Origin: Craspedostauros australis
Lineage: Eukaryota
DNA length: 39,503 nucleotides
Direction: 5' to 3'
Assembly (NCBI GenBank): GCA_030167865.1
Contig: JALAGF010005753.1
Location: forward strand, 1 to 39,503
The notes under the pieces are model-generated. The model was given only the letters and a program-made list of their open reading frames with translations. It was not told the origin of the DNA and ran no database searches. Below are positions 10,932 through 21,518 of the stretch, piece by piece. Position 1 is the first letter of the stretch. Each line of letters opens with the position of its first letter. Made by a program: the position numbers and the translations under genes.

Positions 10932-11815
10932 CTAGTTCAGGTTGAGGTTTGGAATATCTGGCATGTCCTCTTCCTCTTCCTTCTTGGCTGGAGCTGCCTC
11001 CTTGTCATCACCCTCACCATCGGCTTCTTTCTTCTTGTCATCACCCTCGTCCGCGTCCTGCGCCTTCTTCAGCATTTCTGTTCCTTCCTTCAACGCGGTC
11101 TCCACCTTTGCTTCCAGCTCCTTGACCTTTTCTGGGTCCTTCATTGCTTCCTGCGTCTTGGCCATGTGCGTCTTGAATCCTGGCTGGTTCATCATCTTCT
11201 TCATCTGCGCCTGGAATGCTGGATCCTGCATCATCTGCTGTGCCTCCTTCATGATTTCAGGATCCTGCGACGAACCAAAATTGAAGAACGCGTAAGAATA
11301 ATAAAAATAGAATTGGATTGCTAGGCAAAAGGCATGTGAGCATCGTGATGTGCATGGAATGCGTTGCATTAATGCGCAACATATTATTATGCAAGGGAGG
11401 AGATTGCAGCGGAGCAGGATCGACGGGCCTTGCTCTGCGGTCTCGATTGCATCAGACCACGCGAACGGCGTCTCACGGAACAGCACAACCAAGTGCTCTT
11501 TTCCGCATCTCTTCTTGCAGTCACTGCAGAAAAAATGTTGTGTCGCGTCGCTGCCGAGCACGACGGTTCTGCAACAATTTCGCTTGCGCTGCGCAGCAGG
11601 CCTGGATTGAATTACATTCCAACGCATTCGACTTGCATCGTCTGGATGGTTGAGTCCAAGCTTCTTCTCTTGAGCTTGAATGGAAGCAACGCAACGGCCG
11701 CAGCAGCCGAAACATGCCAAATCTGATCGACGCGGAACGCCACGCGGTTGTTCTATTCGTCTGTGTGACACACCTTCATGTCCTGCATGAGTTGAGCGAG
11801 CATCATGGAATTCAT
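10932..11815 (-). CDS. Small STI1/DP-repeat-like protein with acidic tail (~124 aa; exons 11815-11774, 11264-10932)
   Basis: Exon 1 MNSMMLAQLMQDMK ends at AAG|GTGTGT. Acceptor TCGCAG|GAT gives in-phase DPEIMKEAQQMMQDPAFQAQMKKMMNQPGF. Met/Gln-rich DP/NP repeats are typical of STI1 domains. The 392-aa track ORF reads through the intron. An additional upstream exon cannot be excluded. Confidence 0.7.
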
Positions 11816-12395
11816 CTTGGCTGGAACGTTGCGTGTTGGTATCGTACTGATAAGCTGGAGAGAGGAAGGGTCGTTGGTGGATCGTGTCGTTGTTGATGTT
11901 GTTGATGTTGTGGATGATGCGGATGGTACGGATGTCAACCAGTGTCAGCGTGTTTCTCGCATCGATCCTTCCACTGCCTTCGTTGTCGCCATGGTGGTGA
12001 CGAGCGTTGGAATGGTTGGAATGGTTGGTGTGTGCGTGCGAGTGGCATCGTGTGTTTGGGTGTGTTTGGGTGGAAACGTCAACGATGTGGAATCTGATCC
12101 TCAACTTCAACTTCTGTCCTACGTTCGTTCAGGAATTGTCGTTGTGATCCATTGAGTCCATCTATGTGCAACAAGACTCGTCTGGGTCCCGCCATCAACC
12201 AATTCGACTTTCGCGACCATGTTTTCTCGTGATCCTCTCGGTTGCCACCAACCCAAAATCTGCGTCCGAACATCAGGAAGGAGAGGCACATCACATCGAA
12301 ATGCATCAAAGCAGAGTAGTTGTATTGCACAATAGCGATAGAAAATAGAATAGAATAGATACCATCTTCTCTGAAAGCACCATACACACGCAATC

Positions 12396-13178
12396 ATGTC
12401 GGTGCGCGCCACCGACTGCGCCAGGATCGCTTCAAGGATGTCACGCTGTGTGACCAGCATCACGCAACTCCGCTTGCGACGACGGACGCCGCTTGCTGCG
12501 CTGCAACGGTTTCAAATGCGGCGGCATCCTTCCCACACAGATCATAACAGAACCGTCACACGATGCATGGCCATCAAGACATCCGCCGAGCTGGATGCCG
12601 AGTTCGACAAGCTGGCGGCCCCGTCGGCGTTTGTGCCAGAAGAACAAGAAGCGCTGGGCCCCAACCCAGGTTTGGAATCCGTCATCGCGCAAGGCATCAC
12701 GGCCCTGAAGAGCCTCGCCGACGACATCGACTTCACGACGCGCGTCGAACTGAAAAAGCGCAACCACAAGTTGGAAGGTCCCACGACCAAGCAGATCATG
12801 GAGGCCGAACGCGTCGAGGCGACGCTGACGGATTGTTTGGAGAATCTGATCCAGCAGCAGCAGGAAGGCAAGGTGATGACGCCGCCGCTGCATCTCAACG
12901 ACGATCCCATCGTCATTGCGCACGTTGAGGTCAACAAGAATCTGCGGCTGGCCAAGGTGTACTGGAGCCTGCCGTACGGCGTCCTCATGGATTCTCGCGT
13001 CACGTGGAACGTGTACCAAAAGATGGTGTCCGTGATCGAACCGCGCGTGCAGCAGAACGCCAAGCAGCTGCAGTTCATGGTGCACTCCAAGTTGCGGGCG
13101 TACTACCCACCGCGGCTGCGATTTACGCCCGCGACGTCGGAGATGGTGGAGAAGCTGATTCAGGAATTGAGGGAGTGA
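12396..13178 (+). CDS. RBFA: RbfA-like ribosome-binding factor A, probably mitochondrial
   Basis: C-terminal half has IVIAHVEVNKNLRLAKVYW and LRAYYPPRLRF, matching the RbfA vtI..V.v..Dl..AkVy and lr..P.L.F motifs. The Arg-rich, acid-poor N-terminus resembles a mitochondrial presequence. Confidence 0.7.
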   Translation: MSVRATDCARIASRMSRCVTSITQLRLRRRTPLAALQRFQMRRHPSHTDHNRTVTRCMAIKTSAELDAEFDKLAAPSAFVPEEQEALGPNPGLESVIAQGITALKSLADDIDFTTRVELKKRNHKLEGPTTKQIMEAERVEATLTDCLENLIQQQQEGKVMTPPLHLNDDPIVIAHVEVNKNLRLAKVYWSLPYGVLMDSRVTWNVYQKMVSVIEPRVQQNAKQLQFMVHSKLRAYYPPRLRFTPATSEMVEKLIQELRE

Positions 13179-13645
13179 AGGTGTGAGACTGGAATGGAGA
13201 AGTCGAGAAACCGGGAGACGTAGTTAGTCAATGATTGTAGAATACTAGACTATTCTTGCAAGTTGCTGCATGTTGCTGTTGCTTGGAGTGCATTCATGGT
13301 TGTAATGGTGGTGGACTGTTCTGTAAGCGACCACCATGTGGTGGGTTGGCCGATTGGTTGGATGGTGGATTGCTGGTTCATGTGGATGTTGCGACTACCC
13401 TCTCTCTAGGTTGCATCACAGTCTATCAGCACCGCGGTTGATGAGTGACACGTTTCGCGCCAAAATCTTCTCCACGATCTCGTACTCAAACACTCGCAGC
13501 CGGTTGATTGTTCAGCGGGGCTCACGCAAGATCTATCGTGCGAGTACACACCATTATATTATATGTACAACAGTTCGATTGCGACCATCATCAAGGAATC
13601 ATCCCTCTTTTCCTTCTTCGTGGCTTGCACCATGCCGAGAACATC

Positions 13646-14719
13646 ATGAACAAGCTATCGAAGCACAAAAGCAAAGCATTCAGGACATGCCAACGCTTGC
13701 CAAGCTCCGCGCGGCGGCTCATCGTCCTTGCATTCGGGCTTGGTTACACCCTCTTGCTCATTTGGTTGCATAGCATGCTGCAGACTCATGATGGTGGATC
13801 CATGCCATTTGGTATCGCAAGGGAGGGTACCAATGAGGACATCCTTGCGCATCCTCCACATCTCAATGCGGATGCATCATCGCAACTATCAACGACATCC
13901 GCGACCTCCGCAGTCGCATCAACGAACGCAACCGAAAACGCCACCTGGCGCAACCTCACGACGGCCGAAATCGATGCCATCCGCAACCTCAAAGGATGGG
14001 ACGGACAGCCCGTCGTCATCCTGCGATACAAGCTCATCGTCTTCACGCAACCCAAAATCGCCAGCACGGCCTTCAAGCAGCTGCTGCGCCGCATGATGCG
14101 CTACAACGACTGGAACGTGCATCAAGAGCCCATCCTGCCCCACGACCCGCGTTACAACAAGCTGCGGTATCTGAGGTCTCACGTCGTCCAAGGCAAATGG
14201 GGCCGCATGATGACGGGATCGGATTGGACGCGCGCCATCTTTGTGCGCGATCCCAAGACGCGTGTGCTGTCGGCCTATTTGGACAAGGTCCAGCGCAAAG
14301 ACGCGTCGTATATGCAGCGGCACTGTCCGAACGTGCCCAGCAACGTGACGACGTGGATCCAATTTCTGGAGTCGGTGGTGCGGCAATGTCCCGATCCGCA
14401 TTGGAAGCCTCAATCGCAGCGCATGGATGCAGTGCTGTGGCCGCTGATCAATTTCGTGGGGCATTTCGAAAACTTGGCACAGGATGCCAAGTGTCTGTTG
14501 GATCGATTGTCGCCGCCGGATGCTTGGAGCAAGTATGGTGCGGATGGGTGGGGGCGGCATGGGAACGAATCCATGTTTGGAAAGAATACGCAAGCGACGC
14601 ATAGTACGCATTCATCGGCTTTGATGGAGGAGTACTTTCGCGATCCCGACGTGGATCGACTAGTGGAGGAACTGTACGCCAGTGACTATTCCAGCAAGTT
14701 CCTCGGGCTGCAGAAATGA
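13646..14719 (+). CDS. Golgi-type carbohydrate sulfotransferase (Sulfotransfer_2 family), type II membrane protein
   Basis: 5'-PSB motif PKIASTAFK, 3'-PB motif FVRDPKTRVLSAY, then DPHWKPQ and NFVGHFENL. N-terminal anchor LIVLAFGLGYTLLLIWL. First in-frame ATG is at 13646 (the track start is non-ATG). Confidence 0.9.
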   Translation: MNKLSKHKSKAFRTCQRLPSSARRLIVLAFGLGYTLLLIWLHSMLQTHDGGSMPFGIAREGTNEDILAHPPHLNADASSQLSTTSATSAVASTNATENATWRNLTTAEIDAIRNLKGWDGQPVVILRYKLIVFTQPKIASTAFKQLLRRMMRYNDWNVHQEPILPHDPRYNKLRYLRSHVVQGKWGRMMTGSDWTRAIFVRDPKTRVLSAYLDKVQRKDASYMQRHCPNVPSNVTTWIQFLESVVRQCPDPHWKPQSQRMDAVLWPLINFVGHFENLAQDAKCLLDRLSPPDAWSKYGADGWGRHGNESMFGKNTQATHSTHSSALMEEYFRDPDVDRLVEELYASDYSSKFLGLQK

Positions 14720-15024
14720 ACCGGGGGGTGGATGGTAGCTGCGAAAGATAAGAACGTGGTGATACTATGTCGTGTAATAGAGAATACGACAACGTGATGC
14801 TCGTCGTTGGCCATGTGTTGATTGAAACAAGTCATCAAGTTGTTTTTGCACTGGTCTTGGGCAGACGACACACTACGAACAAGATGATGATGATGATGAT
14901 GATTGTTGCTGGATTATGGTTGATTTATCATCACTCCACTCTCATGTTCTTACTGTACTATAGTATGTGTTGCTGCAATACACAATCACGCTCACACGAA
15001 AACGCATGCAATTCCCGATCAAAT

Positions 15025-17318
15025 TCATCGCGGTGGTCCACCGAACCCGGCCGAAAAGTCATCCCCGCCGGAAGCCACGACGATTTCTTCCTCATTGGAA
15101 AAGTCCAGCGTCAGGTCAATTTCCTCCTCCTCTTCGCCAACCTCAAGATTTTTGTCGGAACGCTGCACGGGCGGCAACGGTGCGATGCCGTTGCGTTGGA
15201 AGTAACGCACGAGCTGGTTTGGAATTTCGTTCAATGTCTCCGACGTCAGCTCTGCCGGGTTGGAGCAATGTCTGTTGAATGCGACGAATTGCACGGTGTC
15301 GGCATCCGGCGTGGTGGCATCATCATCGAGGAAGCGCATGGAGGAGAAATCCGCATTGCCGACACCCACGATCACGGTCGACATCGGAGCGTCCTTGATC
15401 TGCTTCAGCGTCTGCGCTGTGGCCTGCACGTCGCTCACGGCGCCGTCGGTGAGGATGAGAAGGAGGGAATACGCCTGCTTGCCAGTGGCCTGGGCTTGTT
15501 GTTGGTTGCTGATGGCCTTTGCCGCCGCTGTCTGCAGGACCTCCGTGAAAACAGTGGGTCCGGACATGACGAGTCCTGACGCGAAGGTGTCATGGTAGCC
15601 TTTCAGGATTCCCTCCACGCCATGTGCCTCCGCATCTGCACCGCACTGGAAGCAATGCCTCACGACGCCACCGTACTTGGCGCCAAAACCGTAGACCGGG
15701 TATTTCTGGTCACTGTCGTACTTCGACAGGATGCTGACGATGGCAGAGATGGCCTTTTCGTAGTCATTCTTCGTGTACCCATCGCGGTGCAAGTAGTGCA
15801 GGGTTCCCGGTTTGCGCGGGTCGCCTGTGTTTGCAATAATATTCGAGTGTAATATAATCGAGGAGAATAATTTGGTACACGCGGGACGGACAGTGGCGTT
15901 GTGAGCGTGGTCGCAAATGGCATTCAAGTAGAGTAGCAAGGAATACAACCCGGCATCATGCCATACACCGTATCATGTGGATGCTGCGAGTGCTGATTTG
16001 TGTGTTCGAGGTGTAAATGATCATACAGCACTATCAGCAACAACTTTCTGCGCACACGAGTGATGCAGTATTGGCACAGAGAATAGTTCAGATGTGTCGA
16101 TGACGTACCGTTGGATCCGGTGAAATCGATGGCGACGCAGACATTCAATTCGCAACCGCCCGTGACGTAGTCCACGAAATTGGGTCCGACGCCGCCGCCG
16201 CCGCCGCCATATCGGGACGACTGCGCAGATGGAACGAACGCCCCCGGTGCGGCTGGACTGACTGTGGTTGCAGCCATGCGTTCGGACACCTGTGAAACTT
16301 CATCGACAGTCGCAGCACCAGACACGCTGACCTTGTCGATGTGCAGGGCGCCTGTGGATTTGCCCTTCTTCTTGAGATCGAATCTGTTGGTATCTTGCAG
16401 ACCCGCGACCGTGGTCTCGACCATTCCCATGAGGACGTGCTTGCCGTTGCTCTCGTGGTCGCGTACGATGATCTGGATCGGTTTGTTGACATCTCCCTCG
16501 CAAAGGACCGACAGCGGAATGGTGGCCTCCTTCCATTTGGGACTGAGATTGTTCTTGCACACCTCCGATCGGAATACGTTGTCCCATGTCTGTCCACCCG
16601 CGGTGTTGGAGTTGGCGTTGAGCTCGAAGAATGGATCCGACTTTCGCATGAAGCCCTCGGTGTTCTTGAGCTTGATGCCGCTCATGCTAAGACGGAGCAT
16701 GCCCCTGCCCTTGCTGGGCATGACCTTGCAAAACATGGTGCCGCCCTTCTTGAGACGCTTGGCCTGCATGTTTCCTCGGCTTCCCAGCACCGTCCCGACA
16801 TCGAACGCCGCACTGCCCATGGCCTTGTTGTTTCCCTTGCGCACTTCATCGTAAATCTGAATGGCCAGCTTGATCGGCGCTCCGAGTTCGTAGTCGATTG
16901 TGAAGACTTTGACCCAGTTGGGTGCGAGGGAGTTCTTGATTCTGCGCGGACGCAAATTGGAATTCAAAAGGACGTGAGGAAGTAGAAATGGAGCGTCATG
17001 GAATGGAAAGAACGAAGGGGGGATGTGAGCTCTGGGCTCCGCGTTGAGGTGATGACCTTGTTGCGTCCTTGACTCCAGATCAATCGACAAACCAAGGCAC
17101 GCAGCATTGATGCAAGAGACCACGTCATCTTGCACATTTCATCTTGTATAACATAATAGATCGTATCCGACTTACACCTCTGTCTTGCCCAAGACTTCAG
17201 CCTTGGTGCCTGGCGTTGTTGCGATCTTAGTCACAACAGCGTATGGGTCGGATGTTCCCTTGAAGGCGCCTGCGGCATTCTTCAGGTTCGTGGCGTGTAG
17301 CGACAATTCGACCAGCAT
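15025..17318 (-). CDS. Copine (C2-C2-vWA), ~591 aa; exons 17318-17176, 16941-16109, 15824-15025
   Basis: C2A (SDPYAVV...KTEVIKNSLAPNW), C2B (KSDPFFEL...SEVCKNNLSPKW) and vWA (VAIDFTGSNGDP, YGFGAK, LLILTDG, IVGVG, DTVQFV). GT-AG junctions (GTAAGT, GTACGT) join in frame. Confidence 0.95.
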
Positions 17319-17941
17319 GGTTCCTTCTTTGTATAGTATTATAGTGTTATACGGTTCTTCTGTTTCTCTTCTTTGCTTTGACTTGCTTTGGTCTTCTCTT
17401 GTCTCCTTGGTTTGTGATTTGTGTTTGTGATTTATGATTGGAGTCGTATCGAGCGTTGCGTTCTGATGATGTTGCTTCGCCTTGATGTCTGTTTGTGTGC
17501 GTTGCGGAGAACGAAAGAATCTTGTTGCGGTCGTTGGATTTGATTCACGACAAGATTACCTCTCCGCGGACTATCCACGAACCAGCCACGATTCAGCACA
17601 TTGACATGAGATGCAAGCAGTCCATGGAGTCGAAGTTCGCATCAATTTGAATTTGAATTTGGTCGTTCTTTGGGATTGTCGTTGTTGTTTCTTCTCCCAC
17701 GCAACGGTTCATCACAACATCCACCACCACCACCATCATCGCAGCAGCAACAGCAACAGCAGGAACAACAACAAGCCATCGGCCATGGATGATGACATCA
17801 TAGAGGCATGATAACAACAGAGACAGCGAAGAGACAATCAGAGAAGTCGCAGCAAAGACATCAAAAGGCACAATATCACACCATCGAGGCCATCGCATCA
17901 AGACCCACCCATCTTCATTGACGAACGAACGACCATCCACC

Positions 17942-18929
17942 ATGCCGCCGCTCGCCACATCCAAATACGACAATCCGATCAACACCACCGGCCTCCTGCA
18001 GACGATCCGCGATTCTCGCACCAAACTGGACGGCTGGATCCAACGTCAGAAACAGCAGGCCGATGAGGAGGCCGAGCAGTACCACCAGGTGCTCAATGCG
18101 GAACAATCCAAGATCGACCATCAAGTCGGCAATCTGCTGGCTGTGCAATTCCAACGCGGGTTGTCCATGCAGCAGAATACCAACGAGGCCTCCATCGCTT
18201 CGCGGCGAGCGAACTTGCAGCATCAGTGCGATGCGTTGCGTGATGAAGTGGAGCATGTGCAATGCGCCACGGAGAAGCACCGGGATATCGCGAATGGTAC
18301 GTTGCGGCGGTGTATGGGAACGCGAGAAGGCGAGGCAGATGGACAGGCAGAACAGAAGCGGCGATGGACCATGCTCGTGTGCGAAAATGTGCCGCAACTT
18401 GTGATGTGATGAAATGAATGGAGTACTTCACGTATGCTTTTCTCACTGACATGTTGGTTGCGACTGCTCCAATTTGCAACACTTCACGTTACTTTTGCTT
18501 TGCATTGCATTGCTCCGCTCTCTTCACTATGCAGAATTGGAGGCAGAAGAACTGAAGCAACGACACCGCGCGGAAGAGGCACGCACGCTGAAATCCCGCC
18601 TGCGCGAAGCCAAGCAGACGACCGTCGACGACCTGACAAGAGGCCTCGTGAACTACAAGTACCTCGGCTTCGACTTCGAAAAGTGCGAGGAAACGAACGC
18701 GCTGCGCATCGCCTTCACCCAGCTCGACCCGGCCTTTCCCAACCGCGAATTCTCCTTCATCCTGCTGGTCAACGATGCCGACAACCAGTACTATATCCAC
18801 GGCTGCCAGCCCAACCTAGATGCAACCGCCGTGACCAAAATCCTCAAGGAGATCAACCGTTCCGACGATGTGGCATTGATGATCCGCCAGATGCGCAAGG
18901 AGTTCGTGCGGACGTTGCAGAAGATATAG
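17942..18929 (+). CDS. SPC25: Kinetochore Ndc80-complex subunit Spc25-like (~249 aa; exons 17942-18296, 18535-18929)
   Basis: N-terminal coiled coil, then an RWD-type C-terminus YLGFDFEK...LRIAFTQLDPAFPNREFSF...YIHGCQPNL...MRKEF characteristic of Spc25. Intron G|GTACGT...GCAG|AA joins in frame. Confidence 0.85.
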
Positions 18930-19549
18930 AACTGATGTAGGCAGTAACAATATATACATATCTATTAGAATAGTCGTAGGATTATTCAGCACGCATATGT
19001 GCCATGCTTTGCAGCATCTGATGAAAGTAGTGTTGTAGAGCAGTGGAGTTGAGTTACTATTGTACCTTGCGGCTGTAAGGGAACGGAAGCGACAGCTGTC
19101 TTCCCCTTTTGCACCAGTCGTGGATGGGCCAACATGTGAAAAAGGGAGAAACGGACAGAGTTTGCATTGTTTGAGTCGTATGTGTCGAGTTCTTTTTCTG
19201 CGCCACGAGAATCCAATTGGTCACATGTTGTTTTTGAATGACCAGAACACCCGTCGACATTATTAGCCGCCACATCCATGGACAATACGGTGGCGGACGA
19301 ATTTACATTCACGCTGCACGATACGGAGAGGCGCAAGCCGGACATCGCCCGCGCGTGTGCAGTGCTGCGTGTCGAGTTTTTCTGGCGACGACAGCTGCAG
19401 CGATGACTGCGTTCGTCATCATCGTGGGCGTGTGTTGTGCTGCGCAGCGTGGCCGCATCCTTCGTGATCTTCGTCCTTCGCATCGTCTGTTCCCTCGCCT
19501 TTCCTCATCAACGCTGCACACGCCTTGGTTTGATTCATTGACGGCGACC

Positions 19550-19585
19550 ATCTATCTATCTATCTATCTATCTGACTGACTGACT
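19550..19585 (+). repeat. Compound microsatellite (ATCT)6(GACT)3
   Basis: Directly visible ~320 nt upstream of the Rab start codon. Confidence 0.9.
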
Positions 19586-19902
19586 GCATCCATTCGCCTC
19601 TTGATCGTTTGATCCGTCTGTACCCATCCATCCACTCTCTATCCATCTCTGTTACACATCGACCGATCGATCCATTCAGCCACCCAAAGCAGCAGCAGCA
19701 AGATCAGCAGCGAAAGCAGAAGCAGAAGCACAGCCCAAGGAAGACAGAAGACAAGACAGCCCAAAGTTCGCAGCCCAAATTCTGTTCCGAAGAGAGACGC
19801 ACAGTTACCACAAAGCACAGCGATAGACAGCAAAGACACCAGCAAAGACAATCACACAAATCCAACCCAGACAATAACACAGACAATAACACAGATAGCA
19901 AG

Positions 19903-20520
19903 ATGAGTTCCGGAGGAGCCCCGTACGACATGCAGGTGAAGCTGCTGATGATTGGCGACTCTGGCGTGGGTAAGACCTGCCTGCTCCTGCGTTACGCGAA
20001 CGATTCCTTCAGTCCCACATTCATCACTACAATCGGAATCGACTTCAAGATCAAGAACATCGACATCGACAGCACCAAGATCAAACTGCAGATTTGGGAC
20101 ACCGCCGGCCAGGAACGCTTCCGCACGATCACCACATCCTACTTCCGCGGCGCCCAGGGGATCCTCCTCGTCTACGACGTCACCGACCGTCGCTCCTTCG
20201 AATCCATCCGCAACTGGATCTCCCAGATCCAGCAGCACGCGGACGTCCACGTCAACAAGATCTTGGTGGGAAACAAGTGCGATATGCTCGACGAGAAGGT
20301 CGTTTCGACGGAGGAGGGCGAGAAGCTGGCCAAGGAGTTCAACATCCCCTTCTGGGAGTGCTCCGCCAAGAACAACATCAACGTCGAGGAATCCTTCATC
20401 AGCATCGCTCGATCCGTCAAGGACAGACTCGTCGCCGACGGCCAGGGTGGCCCGGCTCAGAAAACATCGGGCGTGGCCCTTGGTGGACAGGCAGCCGCAC
20501 CCAAGAAGCAGTGCTGCTAA
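19903..20520 (+). CDS. RAB8: Rab8/Sec4-family small GTPase, 205 aa
   Basis: [20 protein letters not shown] (Rab8/Sec4 effector region), [20 protein letters not shown] and a C-terminal CC prenylation motif. ATG at 19903; the upstream extension in the track is likely UTR. Confidence 0.95.
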   Translation: MSSGGAPYDMQVKLLMIGDSGVGKTCLLLRYANDSFSPTFITTIGIDFKIKNIDIDSTKIKLQIWDTAGQERFRTITTSYFRGAQGILLVYDVTDRRSFESIRNWISQIQQHADVHVNKILVGNKCDMLDEKVVSTEEGEKLAKEFNIPFWECSAKNNINVEESFISIARSVKDRLVADGQGGPAQKTSGVALGGQAAAPKKQCC

Positions 20521-21518
20521 GCACGCACATCCGAGCGCCCTGTTTGGCCGACTACCTGGGACGCCCAGCTGGTTTGCCTACCTGCTTTGGTTGGCCCTGG
20601 TGCCATTGCACCATCTGCCTTGCCCACGCCTCCTTGGCCTTGCAGACACCCTCGCTCTAACCTCTTGAACAAACACTTCAATCTCATCCATCGACAGACA
20701 GACAAACAAACAAAACACACTCACACTCACACAGACAATCTAACAAAGCTTGCAACCACAATGACAACAACGAACAAATCTACAATCAACAAGTAAGAAC
20801 AAAAAGGAAATACTACCCGACTCTCTCTTCTCTGTCGTCTCTTTGTAGTTCTCAATCCTCCGGTTTCGTGCTTTGTTCGCACCGACCTAGGCGACGAAGT
20901 GCCTGGTTACTTGTCGTCTGCTGTATGTACATAACATTACTCTGAGGTGTTGCACTCCTGTTGCACTGTACCATGTCCTCACCATGATCGTATCTCCTCC
21001 ATACGGAGAGATCTCTGCGTTGTATGGTAGTCTCTTCCACTTTGATATGCAACCAAACAGCAAGCACAGCTTGTATTTCACTCCGCAACGCAACCCTCGA
21101 GACAGAACATCTGGCGGATCTCCCCGTCATCCAAGAGATGATAGAAGGCACGATTTAGGTGAGAGGAGGTTGGATGCAAGCGACTTGGAGCCATCACACA
21201 TCCTGTACCTACATGCCTGCGACTGTGCTTCGCTGTTGCGCAAGTTGTTGCTGGGCATTCATTCAAAAAGGACGGATTTTTATCAGAAGTTTGAAAATGA
21301 AAAGGCAGAATCGCATTTCTTCATAAAAATGGAAGTCATTCTATGCAACCACGAGCAGAAAAAGACATACAGACATACATACAACAACAATATCAGACAG
21401 ACAGACAGACAGTCACAATGCAAGTGTGTTGTATGGAAAACTAGATGACGGATTGTGTCGCTACACTCTTCAACAAGCTTCGATTTCGTCGACAATAGAT
21501 ATGACCCCATGTCATTCA

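Noticed and set aside
20984..21448. 154-aa + strand ORF between the Rab and Hook-like gene 3' ends
   Set aside because: No motifs, no coding-type codon bias, and it runs into simple repeats typical of 3' UTR/intergenic DNA.
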